From the human T2T-CHM13v2.0 reference genome, Homo sapiens, in assembly GCF_009914755.1 (NCBI RefSeq), contig NC_060926.1: a stretch of 64,000 bases of DNA; one strand, 5' to 3'. The notes under the pieces were generated by a model, which worked only from the letters and a program-made list of their open reading frames with translations, was not told where the DNA came from and ran no database searches. Positions within the stretch are counted from its first letter, which is position 1; each line of letters opens with the position of its first letter. Positions 42,042-55,175 of this stretch are shown here, piece after piece. Made by a program: the position numbers and the translations under genes.

Positions 42042-42538
42042 TGTATTAGTCTGGATTCTCCAGAGAAACAGAACAAATAAGAATATATGAAGAGATTTAT
42101 TATGGGAATTTCCTCACGTGGATATGGAGGATGGGAAATCCCACAACTGCAAGCTGGAGGCCCAGGAAAGCTGGTGATGTGATTCAGTCCAAGTCAGAAG
42201 GTCTGAGAATATGAGTGGGATGGGGGACTGATGGTAAGTCTTGGGTCGGAAAGCCTGTGAACTAGGAGTGCCAATGTCTGAGGGCAGGAGAAGATGGATT
42301 CCCAGCTAATGAAGACAGAACAAATTCACTCTTCCTCTGTTTTCTTTGTCTATTCAGGCCTTCAACAGATTGGACAATAGCCGACTACACTGGTGAGGGC
42401 AGATCCTCCTTACTCAGTCTACCAATTCAAATGTTACGCTCTTCCGGGAACACCTTCACAGATATACCCAGAAATGTTTACCAGTTATTTGACCATCCCT
42501 TAGCTCACTCAAGTTGACACATAAAATTAGCCATCATA
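42042..42538 (-). mobile_element. MLT2B-like solo LTR (ERVL)
   Basis: tgtattagtc..ctccagagaaacagaac start, caagttgacacataaaattagccatca end; 5-bp TSD gaaga on both sides. Confidence 0.9.
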
Positions 42539-42584
42539 GAAGAATTGCATCCAATTATCCAGGACCTTTTTTCCCTGGATAATT

Positions 42585-42730
42585 TATATAGTTGTATATA
42601 TAATATTATATTACTGAATATATAATACATATGTTATATACTATATTACTGTATGTATACTATATTATACTGTGTATATAGAATATATATCATATATTTC
42701 TCTCTATATATACTATATATTGTATATTTT
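42585..42730. repeat. (TA)n-derived low complexity
   Basis: Degenerate TATA tract. Confidence 0.85.
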
Positions 42731-42738
42731 ACTGTACA

Positions 42739-42912
42739 GCAGTGATTTTAAACCCAGGCCTCATTTTGTAATTCTCCGGGAGCTCTTGGAAAATACTAGT
42801 GCCTGTGACCAATTAAATTAGAATCTTTGGAAATGAGGACCAGGTGTAGCTTGTTTTTTTTTTTTAATGCTTAGGTGATTTTAATATGCAGCTGGTGATC
42901 AGAACCTGCACT
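42739..42912. mobile_element. MER5-family MITE
   Basis: cagtgattttaaacc..accaattaaattagaatctttgg..aggtgattttaatatgcagc. Confidence 0.65.
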
Positions 42913-43014
42913 GTTGAATGAATAAGAAGACACATCAATATCTTTAGTCAAGCATTGTTTTTTCTTGAGCAAATAGGCCCGCACACCAGCTGCCTCCTGT
43001 GTACATCTTCAGGC

Positions 43015-43841
43015 TTACATCATCGTGGACATGGAACAGATGCTTACCTCACATTCAAAACTGCATCATCATTTCTCACCATGTCCCAAATACACACTTT
43101 GTATAACATTCTCTATTCTGGTTAATGTCACCAAAATGCATCCAGTTCAAAGATCCCTTAGTCATTCTTGAGTCCTTCCTACCACAATCACCACATTCCC
43201 TTTGTCTGCCTCGTAATTACTCATCCAGGTTGCCTAACTTCTCCCTTATTGTGCCACCACTGCCCTAGGTCAGACCTCTATTTCTTCTCACCTGGACAGT
43301 AACTGGCATCCTAGCTGCAATTTTGTCCCACTTCAATCAGTTTTCTATACAATTGCCTTAGTGACATTTCTAAAATATAGATCCACGAGTCATTCTAATA
43401 TTGAATACTCTTTAATATTTTCTCATTAAAAAAATTCAAAACACTTTAACATAAATTGAAATGCCTTTAAAACTACTTCACTTCCTGCTATCTGCCTCTT
43501 TCCCTTTGTTGCACTTCCCAGTGGGATGTCCACACATGCTGTTCCTCTCGCATGAAACCCTACACCTGCTACCCTTTACCTGGACAATTCAGTTCATCCT
43601 TCAACTATTCTCTGCAGGTATTCATGCTTGACTCTCTGGGACCACAGAAACCTAGAGTACCCTTATCAAGGCACGTATTGGGCTATATTTTAACTATTTA
43701 TTGAATTTAATATTTTACTCACAGGATATAATGTTTTGTAGTACAAGGACAATATTTTTCTTGTTCATTGTTTGTGTTCCCAAAGGATAATGCAGTTATT
43801 GACACAGAGCAGGCATTGAGTAGTTGCTGAATGAATGAATG
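43015..43841 (+). mobile_element. L2
   Basis: ttagtcattcttgagtcc, tctcacctggac, ends gttgctgaatgaatgaatg. Confidence 0.75.
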
Positions 43842-43844
43842 TGC

Positions 43845-44730
43845 TACTCTTGGGGATATAATGATACAATGATGTACAATACTCAGGTCCTGTCCATTAG
43901 AAGTTTACAGTCTAATGGGAAGCAGACAAGTAAGTGGAAAAACATAATGTAATGTGATAAGTACTATTTTAGGTAAAAGCTATGGGTTTCTAAGGAACCC
44001 ATAGGAGTGGCATCTAATTCAGCTGTGACAGGGTTTAAGAGAGGTTAGTTAAAGATGATTTGAGTGAGGATTTAATATCTAAGCTTATCCCCAAAGGCAT
44101 AAGGAATTGGTCAGAGAAAAAGGAAAGAGCAAAAATTTTAGGACACAAAGAGCAAGTTGCTAAGCAAAGGCCGGGAGAAAGAGAAAGCAGCACAAGGAGG
44201 AGGAACTCCAAGTATTGAAGCATGGCTGAGAATTTGGAGGGAAACAGTGGGGAGAGAGAAAGGAAAAGAGCTAGCAGATCCCATATAATGAAATGGATAT
44301 ACATTTGGGACCTGATCTTGACAGCCAAAAGCTAGTAGATATCATAAGCAGGCACTTGACATGATCTGACTTGATTTTTTTGGAGTGATCATTGACTGCC
44401 TCCTGGATACTTTTCGAGGAGGGAACAGCTAGAGGATCAGTTAGCAAACCTGGGTGGTTCAGGAGAAAGGTAGTTCCAGTGGACATGCAGAGATGAGAAC
44501 TAATGAAGAGGTATGAATAAGGAAGCCTCAATAGGACTTGATGATTGATAGGAGAAAGGGGGCACAAAAGAGGATGGAATAAGGCAAAAAGACTGGTTTC
44601 TGACCTGGGCAATAAAATTGAGGTCAGTACCATCCTTTGAGGTGGAAGTGGCTGACAAGGATCTGACTTTGGGAAGAAGACACGTTCAGCTTCGGGCCAT
44701 TTGCAGGCAGAAATGTTAGTTTGCACATGG
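43845..44730 (-). mobile_element. L2 (tail-to-tail with previous)
   Basis: gtcctgtccattagaagtttacagtctaatgggaagcagacaag; tgacatgatctgacttg. Confidence 0.7.
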
Positions 44731-44735
44731 GATAT

Positions 44736-45173
44736 AATTATGGGTTAAATTGTGTCCCCTCAGGAGACACTCGTTGGAATCTTACACCCTACTAGCTCAG
44801 AATGTGGTCATCGCAGATGTAATTAAAATGGAGTTGCTGTCATACTGGGGTAGTGCGCCCCTAATCCAATACAATTGGTGTCATGAGAAGATGGCCACGC
44901 GAAGGCAGGCACAGGTAGAACACCATGTAAAGACAGAGGATTGCGGTGATGCATCTATGAGCCAAGAAGCACCGACAAGGATTGCTGCAAACCATCAAAA
45001 GTTAGGGAGAAGCAAAGAAGTATTCTCCTCTAGAGGCTTAGGAGGGAGCATGGCCCTATCACTACCTTGATTTCAGACTTCTAGCCTCCAGAACTGTGAG
45101 ACAATAAATTTCTCTTGTTTTAAGACATCCAGTTTGTGATATTTTGTTATAGCTGCACTAGGAAATGAATATA
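44736..45173 (+). mobile_element. MLT1B/C solo LTR (MaLR)
   Basis: tatgggttaaattgtgtcccc start; gacttctagcctccagaactgtgagacaataaatttc..ctaggaaatgaata end. Confidence 0.9.
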
Positions 45174-45194
45174 GATTTTATGATAAAACTACTT

Positions 45195-45300
45195 AATACT
45201 TTTGAACATTTGCTATGTGCACGTTTCTGTTCTAAGTGATTTATGTGTATCAACCAATTTAATCCTCCTGGCAACTTTATGATGTAGGTACCAATATTAC
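45195..45300 (-). mobile_element. MIR fragment
   Basis: ctatgtgcacgtttctgttctaagtgatttatgtgtatcaaccaatttaatcctc. Confidence 0.7.
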
Positions 45301-46419
45301 AAAATATTAATGATATATAAATTATTATTAAAACAGGCAGCAAAACAAGTTGAGTAAAATAAGGAAATTGTGGAAAAAGGAAAGGAATTGGGTCTTTTTT
45401 ATGTGTTCTGGGTAATACTTCATTTTGAGACACTTGAGCATGCCTCAGGAGCTGCTTTGGATGACAGAGGTCAGCAGGTTTCCTTTAATGTAAAAATCAA
45501 AACAAACAAGCAACTCTACAGCGAGTGATACCTAAATCTAGCAACTGTATAATGTAACCATTTGTTTCCATGTTTCTGGTTGTCTCACCAGGTGCTAATG
45601 ATAGAGATCAAAGTGGAAGGAAAGGAGTGAATTCTCCCTCCAGGTGCCATAGATGACATCTTTTTAGATGGATCTTTTGTTTCGCCTTTAAGGTAAGAAA
45701 TGAAAGGGGTGGCTGATGCATTTAGATGAAACACAAACAAGCATGTTTGATTGTTTGATTTGTTTGAAAAGTTGTCAGCTTTATAACCATGTGGCTGATT
45801 TTCTTGAAGGACAGAGCCTATACCTGCCCCTCTGCCTAGCCCTACCTACAACCAAATGAACACTTTAAGTAGCCTCCATGCTCTGTGGGTGGTTGCCTTA
45901 GGATTTGATTTCCTTCCTGCATAACTGTTAGGGAAACACATTTTCTCAGAAATAAATCCCCACCATAAGTGTATATATGAGTTGAGCCTGTAAAGTTATG
46001 AGATGGGATTTTTCTTGTGGTTTGTGGAATCAGTTTTAGAAGCTGAGGAAACAACGGAGGTGATTTAGGCTGCCCAGATGGATAAGTTGTAAGAGAATTT
46101 ATGTGATGCTGAGATATGTGATAGAGTTGAGATGATGTAAATGAAGAGATTTTGGAAAGTAGAAAGCACTACATAAAGATATTCCAACTCAGAGTGGTTA
46201 ATAATCACTATGTTATTCAGCACATTGACTAGGAATTACATTATTTTATATAAGCCTTGTATTTCAGGTTAAATGTTATCCAAGAGAGCATTTTAGGAAG
46301 TGATTTCTATTTCATCTGGAGTAGTCTTCTGGTTTTCATTATGATTTTAATATTATTGACAATGCATATTTGTTTTAGCTGAGGAGGATGTACACAGTGT
46401 AACTTGTACCTTTTTCCAG

Positions 46420-46580
46420 AGCTGTTGCAATGTTCTACAGGCAAGCATTAATTCAACTTTGCTAATGGATATAAAGGCACAGAAAAGTTGAGAGTGCTTC
46501 TTGATGTCACACAGCAAGGCAGCAGCAGGATAAGGTTAGGACACAGAAGCCTTGACCTTCAGTTATGTGCTCACAACTCT
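46420..46580 (-). mobile_element. MIR fragment
   Basis: aaggcacagaaaagttgagagtgctt..gtcacacagc. Confidence 0.55.
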
Positions 46581-49306
46581 TGAACATTCCCTCTTTTACT
46601 GAACATTTTAAAATGTTGTATTTATACTTCAATAAGGGCCTAATTAAATAAATTAGAGCTCAATTTTCAGCTTATAAATTCTTCTGAACTGAACTCCAAG
46701 TAGAGCCAGGAAATGATCACACTAGCTAATAGATACAGCATAAGGAATCATGCTATTGTGCTTATTAATATATGGCTGACAATGAAGATAATCACAAGTT
46801 TATTTATTTACTTTTCATTAAAAGTTTCTCATATAACTCTGTAATACCAGATATTGGTATATTCATATTCTGGGAACACATATGTTTAAGTGTCATTCTG
46901 CTTTTTAGCAATGATTTTTAATGTCCAAATGCCCAGATATTTCTTTGGGATGTGCGTTCAGAATCTTGAAAAGTGAATTTGTAGGTAGTTGTGAACATGG
47001 AAGTAAGGTAGCATTGGGAGTTGATGTCTGAGGAAGGTATCTTTAGGAAAATGGCATCACCAACTCTGGCTGCAAATATATTTTTATTGTTGCTTGTGAT
47101 GCAATTGTCCTGGACAGAAGGAATTTCTATTTACACTCACCAAAGAGACTGTAGCAGAGAATAACAGGGGTACTGAGTACTAACTAACCAAGAGATCTTA
47201 TTTGTATTTATTTATTTATTTACTTACTTATTTGTGGGCAACTGGCATAGTTTGTTATCCTGTAGGGAAGTTCTGTCAGTTATCAATGTGTTTGCTCTAC
47301 TTTCATGAATGAGTATACAACATTCAAAGCATTCAAAATTAACATGGCCATTTTTATATTATTATTCGTTTAAGAATAAAAACAATAAAGTAAAATAACA
47401 ATAATGAATTGATGTCACTGACACTATTTGGCAGGGATGGGGTGGGGCAAGAACCCATCTGGTTGAATGAGGGTAATGTTACATTATTACTTTGAAATAT
47501 TAACAGAAAAGTTTGGGGGATAATTAGGTACACACTGCAGAAAACTCTCTGGATTCTATAAACAACTATATGTTATACTACTTTGAAGCATCTTGCATTA
47601 TATTTGTCATTGAGGAAGAGGAAATTATTATAAATTATGTGTTTATAACTTTAAAATAGCTTCAAACACAACTAGTAATGATATAAGTAAACTAAGCTGA
47701 AATAAAATAAAATTGTATATTTACATACATGCATACATACATATATTTCTTCTCTTAGGTTGAGTCATCTTTTTGAAATGTTACCTTCTAAATCATACTA
47801 AGAACAGCATATCTTTAGGTTATGGTTTATTCTTAGGAAAGTTACAAGTTACATTGGTTTTAAAAATATAATATTCCCTTTTCTTCATAATCATTTCACT
47901 TCCACTAGCTAATAATACCAAAGTATATAAATGCCCATGTTTCAATCCTAAAAATACTGTTGCCTCAAATGAACTCCAAAATATACACATGTCTATGCTA
48001 TCAATCAAAGATGAAAATGTTGGTATTGATAGGCCCTACTCCAATGTATTTGAAACTTATCACAATTACATTTTTAAGGTGTTTGCATCTCATTGAACAC
48101 TTGCATTCTAATCAATAGTCTCTCAAAACGTGTCAACAGTATTGATATGTATTTTGGTCCTACGTGCTGCTCGGAATTTGGGAAGCACTTATTTGACTGT
48201 GAAATGGCAAATTGGTGCGGTTACTTTTGTGAACCTTTTCGTATGCCTTCTCATTTCCAATACAACAAATGCTTGTATGTCACACCTGATGTAGCGAAAG
48301 ATCCAAATAAGACTCTTTAAGTTTTCAATGTGACTGTCATGAACATAATAATGTGTTATTCTTTCTGCTTCATTCACAACTCTGTAGATTGAGGGATCAG
48401 AATTTAGCTGGACAAGATGCATACAATATATGAGAACACAATTTAATTTGTACTACATTGACTCTACACTGCTGACTAAAAAAAAAAAAAATCAACTGAT
48501 TCACATGTTAAATTCATTTATCCAAAATAAAAATGCACAGTGAGGCCAAAAGAAAAAAAATGCTTAAAAAAGATTCAAAACGTTAAACAAATTGCTTTTA
48601 ATTATAATAAAAACTGCCCAGGTTCCTCTAACTTGTCACTTCAAACATAATTATTAAGGTCATCTGTGCTGCCTAAAGAAGAAAAGTATATCAAAATTAC
48701 TGAGATCAGCTCCTGAATTGAGCATGAAAACTTAGACTCTGACTGTCCAACCAAACTAGCCAATTCTGAAAGAATGCCAAAATCAGTTGAGAGCAACAAT
48801 TAATTAAACAAATATTTGAACAAGTACTAAAAACTCTTCTTTTGGATGGATTTTTTCATATTGTTATAATGGTAGGGTTCTTGATACAACCTTAGTTTCT
48901 GATTTTTCTAAATATGCTAGTGAGCACTATGGCTTTGCAAAACCCAGTATCCATCACATACCAAGGAGGTATAAATCCTTGGTCCCCACCTAGGATGTAG
49001 ACTATCCTCAAGAACCAGAGCTATGAATCCCAGTGCATTTTTAGATGAGGTGGAGGTGGCTATGCAGCAATCCTGATGGTTTGATGCACTACTCACCTTT
49101 GATGTCAAACCCTACATATTAGCTAAGGTATTTCATCAAATGCTCCAACTTTAATGGATTTTCTCCCTTTCCAAGACAAGTTTTGAGAATAACATCTTCT
49201 GTTTTGCAAAAGCCTGGATAGGTTTAAAAAATATCCATTTGCTTATGTTAGCTTTTTGCTTTTCATAGCAAATTCCCTATGGCAAGTATATCATCTAGAT
49301 GACTCT

Positions 49307-49367
49307 GAGTGTATGAGTGTGTGTGTGCGAGTGTGTGTGCGCATGTGTCTGTGTGAATGTGTGTATG
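49307..49367. repeat. (TG)n imperfect microsatellite
   Basis: Direct reading. Confidence 0.9.
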
Positions 49368-50770
49368 CTCACAGACAGATATTTTAAATTACTCTTTTCC
49401 TCAAATTCTAAGAAATCAGAAGATTAAATGATTTAATTATATAGCCTCCTATTTCCCCAAATCTTATAAAATGTCAACATCTCCTATTTGGTCTTTGCAA
49501 ACTTGATCTCTCTCATCCTTAACCCATTTATGAACATGTCTATTTTGCTTGGACCTTTTGGAGCTGACCATAGTCACACAAAGAACCTGTTTCTTCGGTT
49601 AGACATGCTTTTTTACATGCTGGTAATTATTAGGTGATAAGAGATTAAATTAGAGAAGTAAAAAGATGAAGTTTGGCTAGAAAGGTGTTTTGTTCTGTTT
49701 ATTTATTTTAATTTTATGGAAATTAAAAGGTACCAACGACTCATTTCGTGCTCCTTAACATTGTGGACTGCCTTACTGGAGGGTTTTCCCTTGTTCTCAC
49801 ATTACACACATGCACATACACGCACACACACACAAACTAGATGCTCAGTTACTATTTATAGACTATCATCTGCCAGGGTCTTTGAAATTTCTGTTTTGCA
49901 TTAAAGACAAAGAATTCCTCTTTCTGACTGCTCATTGAGGGTTTCCTGATACAAGAACATAATTAACTCTTTGCTGGCCTAACTAATTTCTGCATTTTAA
50001 AAAGTAGCCAGATATGACAAAAGTGGAGCACTCAATCCACAGGGTGGCCATTAACTGCACTCCGTTACTGTATGTTCTCAATTCAGACCACAATTACTGT
50101 CAGGGAATTGCACTGGAAGCTCCTTCTTGTACGCAAACAGGAATACTATTCATTAAAGAGCACTTTCAATAAAATACAATCTATATTTTTTAATGAATAT
50201 TTGAGAAAGAAAATACAATCTTGGGTTCAGAAACCTGCAATATGGTTATTATTCTTTTAATAACATAGACTTTCTCATGTACATATACTGACAGATGTAG
50301 AAGAAGGAAGCAGAAATGAGATGGCGGGCTTTAACTCAGAAAAAATGAAAAAGACGAGCCACAGTAAACTAAGTCAATGTTAAATAAGGATTTCCTCAAC
50401 CACCTACAGCAGACACAGCTTTCTATGGGTTTTATTGATGTCCCTGGGACAGTAGATTCCACTTAAATCTTTCAAGCCCAGTTAAATATGAGAACATGAG
50501 GCACTTCAGAGACTGAAAGAACCAAGAAGCCCATCAAAGACTATCTCCTGCTCTAAGGATTTGCCACTCCACACCAAATTCTTTTCCCTGTTAATGTATT
50601 TTTAATTTTAGTGACTGTAGTTTTCATATTTTCAGACTGTTGGTTCTGATAAAACACCTAGTTGCAGTCCCTAGGAAATGCTTAATGCCCAAAATTGCCT
50701 ACAATTATTTCCTTTTAATGAACTTTAAATATGAGTCAGTACTAAAAAAAAAACAAAGACAGAAATAGCA

Positions 50771-50842
50771 GTGTGTGTGTGCATACACACATTTATAGGT
50801 ACACACACATATGTATATACACATATATATACACACATATAT
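50771..50842. repeat. (TG/CA/TA)n low complexity
   Basis: Direct reading. Confidence 0.85.
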
Positions 50843-51848
50843 TTGTAAAAAAAAATAGGCTAGTAGGCTTTTTAAATGCAAGAGTAGTTTGCTCTGATAG
50901 CACTCCTTTGGTAGTCCAGCTACATTGCCAGTTGCTTCAGAGAGCAAAAGAAACACTCCATAGACTGAGAGTGTTTCTTCTTTGACAAAAAAAAAATGCC
51001 AAGAATTCTGCTACTCAAACAAACCTTCCATTGAAAATCTAAATTGCGCTTTCCAGAAAACAACTGGATTACAATTCTTTAAGGAATGAAAAATAGGTGG
51101 AAATAACCTATTAAAGTACAATAAGCTGCCAAGGGGGAAAATGCAACATCTTAAAGAAAAGGCAGATCACTAATTTAGAGTCTCCTAAAGAAAACTCTTA
51201 CATAAAGTCCTGAATTCACATTGGGTTATATCATTTAAAATCATATCATGCAGCATTCATTCCCTGACTCTCCACAAAAGAAATTGAATGCCAGTTATCA
51301 AGATTATTATCAATATCCTGGTATTAGTTTTGAAGCATGTTTTAACTAATAAGATGATGAATAACTGTGAAGTAAATTCCCCCAAAATGAACACTGTGTT
51401 TCCTCCCTTGTGTTTTTAGTTTGGTTACCTAGGAGAACCAGAGTTCGATAATACACTGATTGAATATTTGAGAATAGGGACATAGTAAAAATATCTTTCA
51501 ATATTTCCTAAAGCAGGTTGTTTCTCCTCTTGCCTATCATTGGCAAATGGAAAAGGATTTAGAATTTCAGAGACAGCACTTTGCTCATGTGTGCCAGTCA
51601 TGCATGGAGTGAAATGTGTTAACCTTTAAACAATTTGGGAGTGGATGCAGTTAATAGGTAAGACAGATAGTTATAAAGTCCTGATTAACTACAGAGCGCA
51701 TAGACATGTGGAAACTTGTATATGGTGAAAGGGAAGAGACAGCAAAGATTATTTACCGTTCTAGAGAACAGGTCCTGGGGAACAGAATGAGGAAATTCTG
51801 AACAGCAACATTGCCCTCTTTTGGTAAAACAGTGTACAATGTGTTTAC

Positions 51849-52730
51849 CTCACTTGCAGGTGAAAGCATTTCTTCAGGACACAGACATTTTCCACATCAA
51901 GAAAAATGGCACAAACTAAAACAAACCGCAGAGAGGGAAAGAGTTCACCTATATACCTGTAAGGTGGACGGAATTTGCATACAGAGTAAAGACACTTGAA
52001 GTGACAGGCTAACAAAGAAGCTTTTAGACTCAGTCTTTCTGGGGTCCAGTTTCAGTGACTGCTGGATTATTTAACCCTTGTATTTATCCTTGACTGCTTC
52101 AAGCCGTCTGCGTTGTAATCAGAATCATGTAGCACTCGGAATGTGAACAAATAAAACAGGAGCTAGTTCTTTTTGAGTCCCCAGTGCTTAAATACGCAGG
52201 CAGTCTGCAGTCTGAGCGGAAGTCACTGAATAAAGAGCCGTATCCCGCAGAAAAGACGTCCCCAGCAGTTTGTGCTTTGTGGCTCTAATGAAGCCTGCGA
52301 TGATTTAGGACAGTGAAGGAAAGGGGCTTGATTGCATCAAAAAAGAAAAAGAAAACGTCAGGACGAGACACAATGTTAAACTAATTACTTTTATTCATGC
52401 TGTAGGTGCCAACGGCACTCTTTAAATAATACTAATTTCAGGCTTGTCTCCATCTCTAATTTCCTCTCTGTTTTCCAAGTTAGAGTCCTTCTCTCGCTGG
52501 ATCCGTGTTACGGGATTTTTCTACGTGATACTTCTGGAACTTAGGAGTGTCTAGTGCAAATGCAGATTCATTGAACCAGTTTAGAAGATTATTTATTATA
52601 TTTTTCTCTTCCTGACTAGGAAATTAATCACCATTCCTGCTAGTCACCTTTGCTAGCTTACGGGCTAAACATATTTGAAGGAAGTTATCAGTTCCCTTTA
52701 ATGATCACAGTCCTTTCAGGGACGAGGACA
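51849..52730. promoter_or_regulatory. Candidate promoter/enhancer (CpG-retaining, non-repeat)
   Basis: About 20 CpGs counted in 51926-52724, far above flanks; ETS core CGGAAGT 52217-52223; minus-strand TATTTAA 52188-52194; octamer ATTTGCAT 51973-51980. Confidence 0.55.
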
Positions 52731-53254
52731 AAGCAAGTTCATCTTCTTTTCCTCAATAGTTTGAGAAAAATTCTACTTCATGAAAGGAAGGTAGCATTAT
52801 GGTCCATTCTTTAGCATTTAATTTATTCTCCCTAAATAAAATACTAGTAAAGAGCAACGAGTTTCTGCAAGTGAAAATATAACTGTAAAATAAATAATTA
52901 CAGTCCTGGAGTAGGAAAGGTAACTCAGATTTGTATTTGTAAACTGATTTTTCTTCTTCTTTTCATTCTGTGATTTGGAATACCTGGATCATTATGTATA
53001 TGCTATCATTATTTTCAGAGTAGGGTTTGACAGGACTTAAGAGTTTAATGTTTAGGTCACATTTTCTTCAGAGTATTCATTTGCCAAAACAATGCTGGAA
53101 TCACTTACTATACCAGGACATTGAATTACATAAAAATTCTGAAAAACTCTTTTGAGATCTTTTGCAATCAATTTAGAAAACCTTAAGTCGGTTAATGCTA
53201 TCAGTGCTAAAAGTTTACAAACTGCGTTCATATAAATCATCTTATTTTATCTTT

Positions 53255-53400
53255 ACCCAGTAAGGTACTTAAAGATCTATTATTGCCTTCACTTAGCAGA
53301 TAAGGAATTTGGAGATCAGAGAGTTAACTAAGAGCACACAGAATGTTGATGGTGGGGTTGGACTCAAATCCAGAGTTCTAAATTTAATTTTTGTGCTCTT
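53255..53400 (-). mobile_element. MIR
   Basis: cagataaggaatttggagatcagagagttaa..ggactcaaatccag. Confidence 0.65.
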
Positions 53401-55042
53401 TTACTTTTCCTCATATGTGAGCTTGTATAACTTATTTCTCTACCTGCCTAAAGGCAAAGCTAATAGAAATCTAGCCCCTTAAAGCCTCCAAATAGCATGC
53501 AGAACTTGAAACTAAAATGTATAAAAACATTTTAAAAATGAAACTGAAGTTGGGCCTTCCTATTCACTCCTGTTTAGACAGATTTAGAACTCCAACATTA
53601 TCTTAATGGAAGCACATTTTTATAGGAAACCACATTCCATGAGGTGAAAACAAAGTTTTTACTTTCTCAATTCCATCTACAGTATCAGTATGCTTCGAAG
53701 CAACAAATAAATCTATCCATTAACATCCTTATTCTGTCACTATCAAATGGATGTCTCTCCCACATCCAGTGGCACCTCTCTAAGTTGTAGCTATCAGCCT
53801 TTGCAGGATTTGTACCTGAAGAAAAGGAAGCTAATCTTCCAATGGCAGGATTCGAGGGGCACACAGGTGGCAAAAGCAATTCTATAGGTCTGCCACCAAA
53901 CACAAACAGCACTACAGGTAAGCCTTCCTAGACCGTATTGTTCAGTTAGACCGTATTTTCACTGAATTCCCCTTTGAACCTAAGGAATTTGCTTACTATT
54001 ACCTGTAGAAGAAAATGTCCTTGTGCAAATTTCTCCTGGCCAAAATATGCAAGACTTTATTATAGTAAGAAAGAGCCAGTTCCCTATAGCCATCTATGTC
54101 TTTCTGCATGAATGTGTTCATTGACCTTTGAGGCCAGCAACATAATTGGGGAGTGGGGGGAAAAGAATATTATTTCTTCTAGGATAAAATAAGAAAAAAA
54201 ATCAGTAAGTTTGCTGCTTTTTACATCTGGAAAGAGAAAGAAACAAATTTTTCCTGTCTCTGTGAGTGCTGACATCCACATACACTATAGATTTAAAGTA
54301 ACTTGTGGGCTGTTTCATTTTCACATAGGAAATATAATTCAAGTAAGATTCAAGTGACATTTTCCAGCGTGATGCTCAAGTTATAAATAATAATGGTTCC
54401 CAGCATTTTTTTTTCTGGATCAAAATGAATCCAAAATGACTCACATAGGTATTGCTACTGTAATTTAATCCGTTGGTCAAATAGGAGTGCTTATGCTCGT
54501 GGCAAAAATCTTGGAAAATTATTTGTTAGCATTTTTTCTTTCTTTGTACATTTGGATCCTGGATACGAGAGGTATTAGGATATCATTAAAGGTTACTGTC
54601 ACAGGTTTCTTTCAAGAAATTGCACAATGTCTCATTAGTGTATTCTGTAAAAATTTTCTAGTTTCTTATGTGTGCTTTAATTTCCTGATTTTTGAAATGT
54701 CCTCAGACATTTTGTAAGTGGCCAAATGTTATATATGTGTATATTATATGTATATATATAATATATATATAGTTATTGTTTTTCTTAAGCTTGGTTGGTT
54801 TTGCATTCTCTAGGCTACTTCCCACTGTTTTTATTAGTATTAATTTTGTCTTCTGGTTTAAGTGATCAGTTTGAATAACAACTTATTCCAGGTGAGGGAA
54901 AATAAACGAACTTTCGAAAATGAGTGGTAACTCACTGCAAAATTGTTTGGGCTGGTGAATAATTTGATTTATTTACATGTGAATTTGCAGATTTTATGAT
55001 GCCTAATGGTATCAAGCCTCAATGATTTTCCAACTATGTATA

Positions 55043-55175
55043 TAGGCAGTCCCCTCATTCAGAACGTGTTATGTTCTGAAAGTTTATTTGTAAGTCACTT
55101 GCGTGGAACTCAGAATGCATTTTCTTCCAGAAACAATATTATAATGGTGATTAAGACCCCAGGCTAACCTCTCCC
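55043..55175 (+). mobile_element. Ancient TcMar-Tigger-type fragment (MamRep137-like, family uncertain)
   Basis: ggcagtcccc..aagtttatttgtaagtc..ggaactcagaatgcattttc..agaaacaatattataatggtg. Confidence 0.55.

Noticed and set aside
52470-53138. Minus-strand 30-nt exon (53138-53109) plus terminal exon (TLLSSRSIT*) as the 3' end of a gene
   Set aside because: Weak exon-side donor (ATA|GT), modest acceptors, unrecognised peptides; CpG pattern fits a promoter better.
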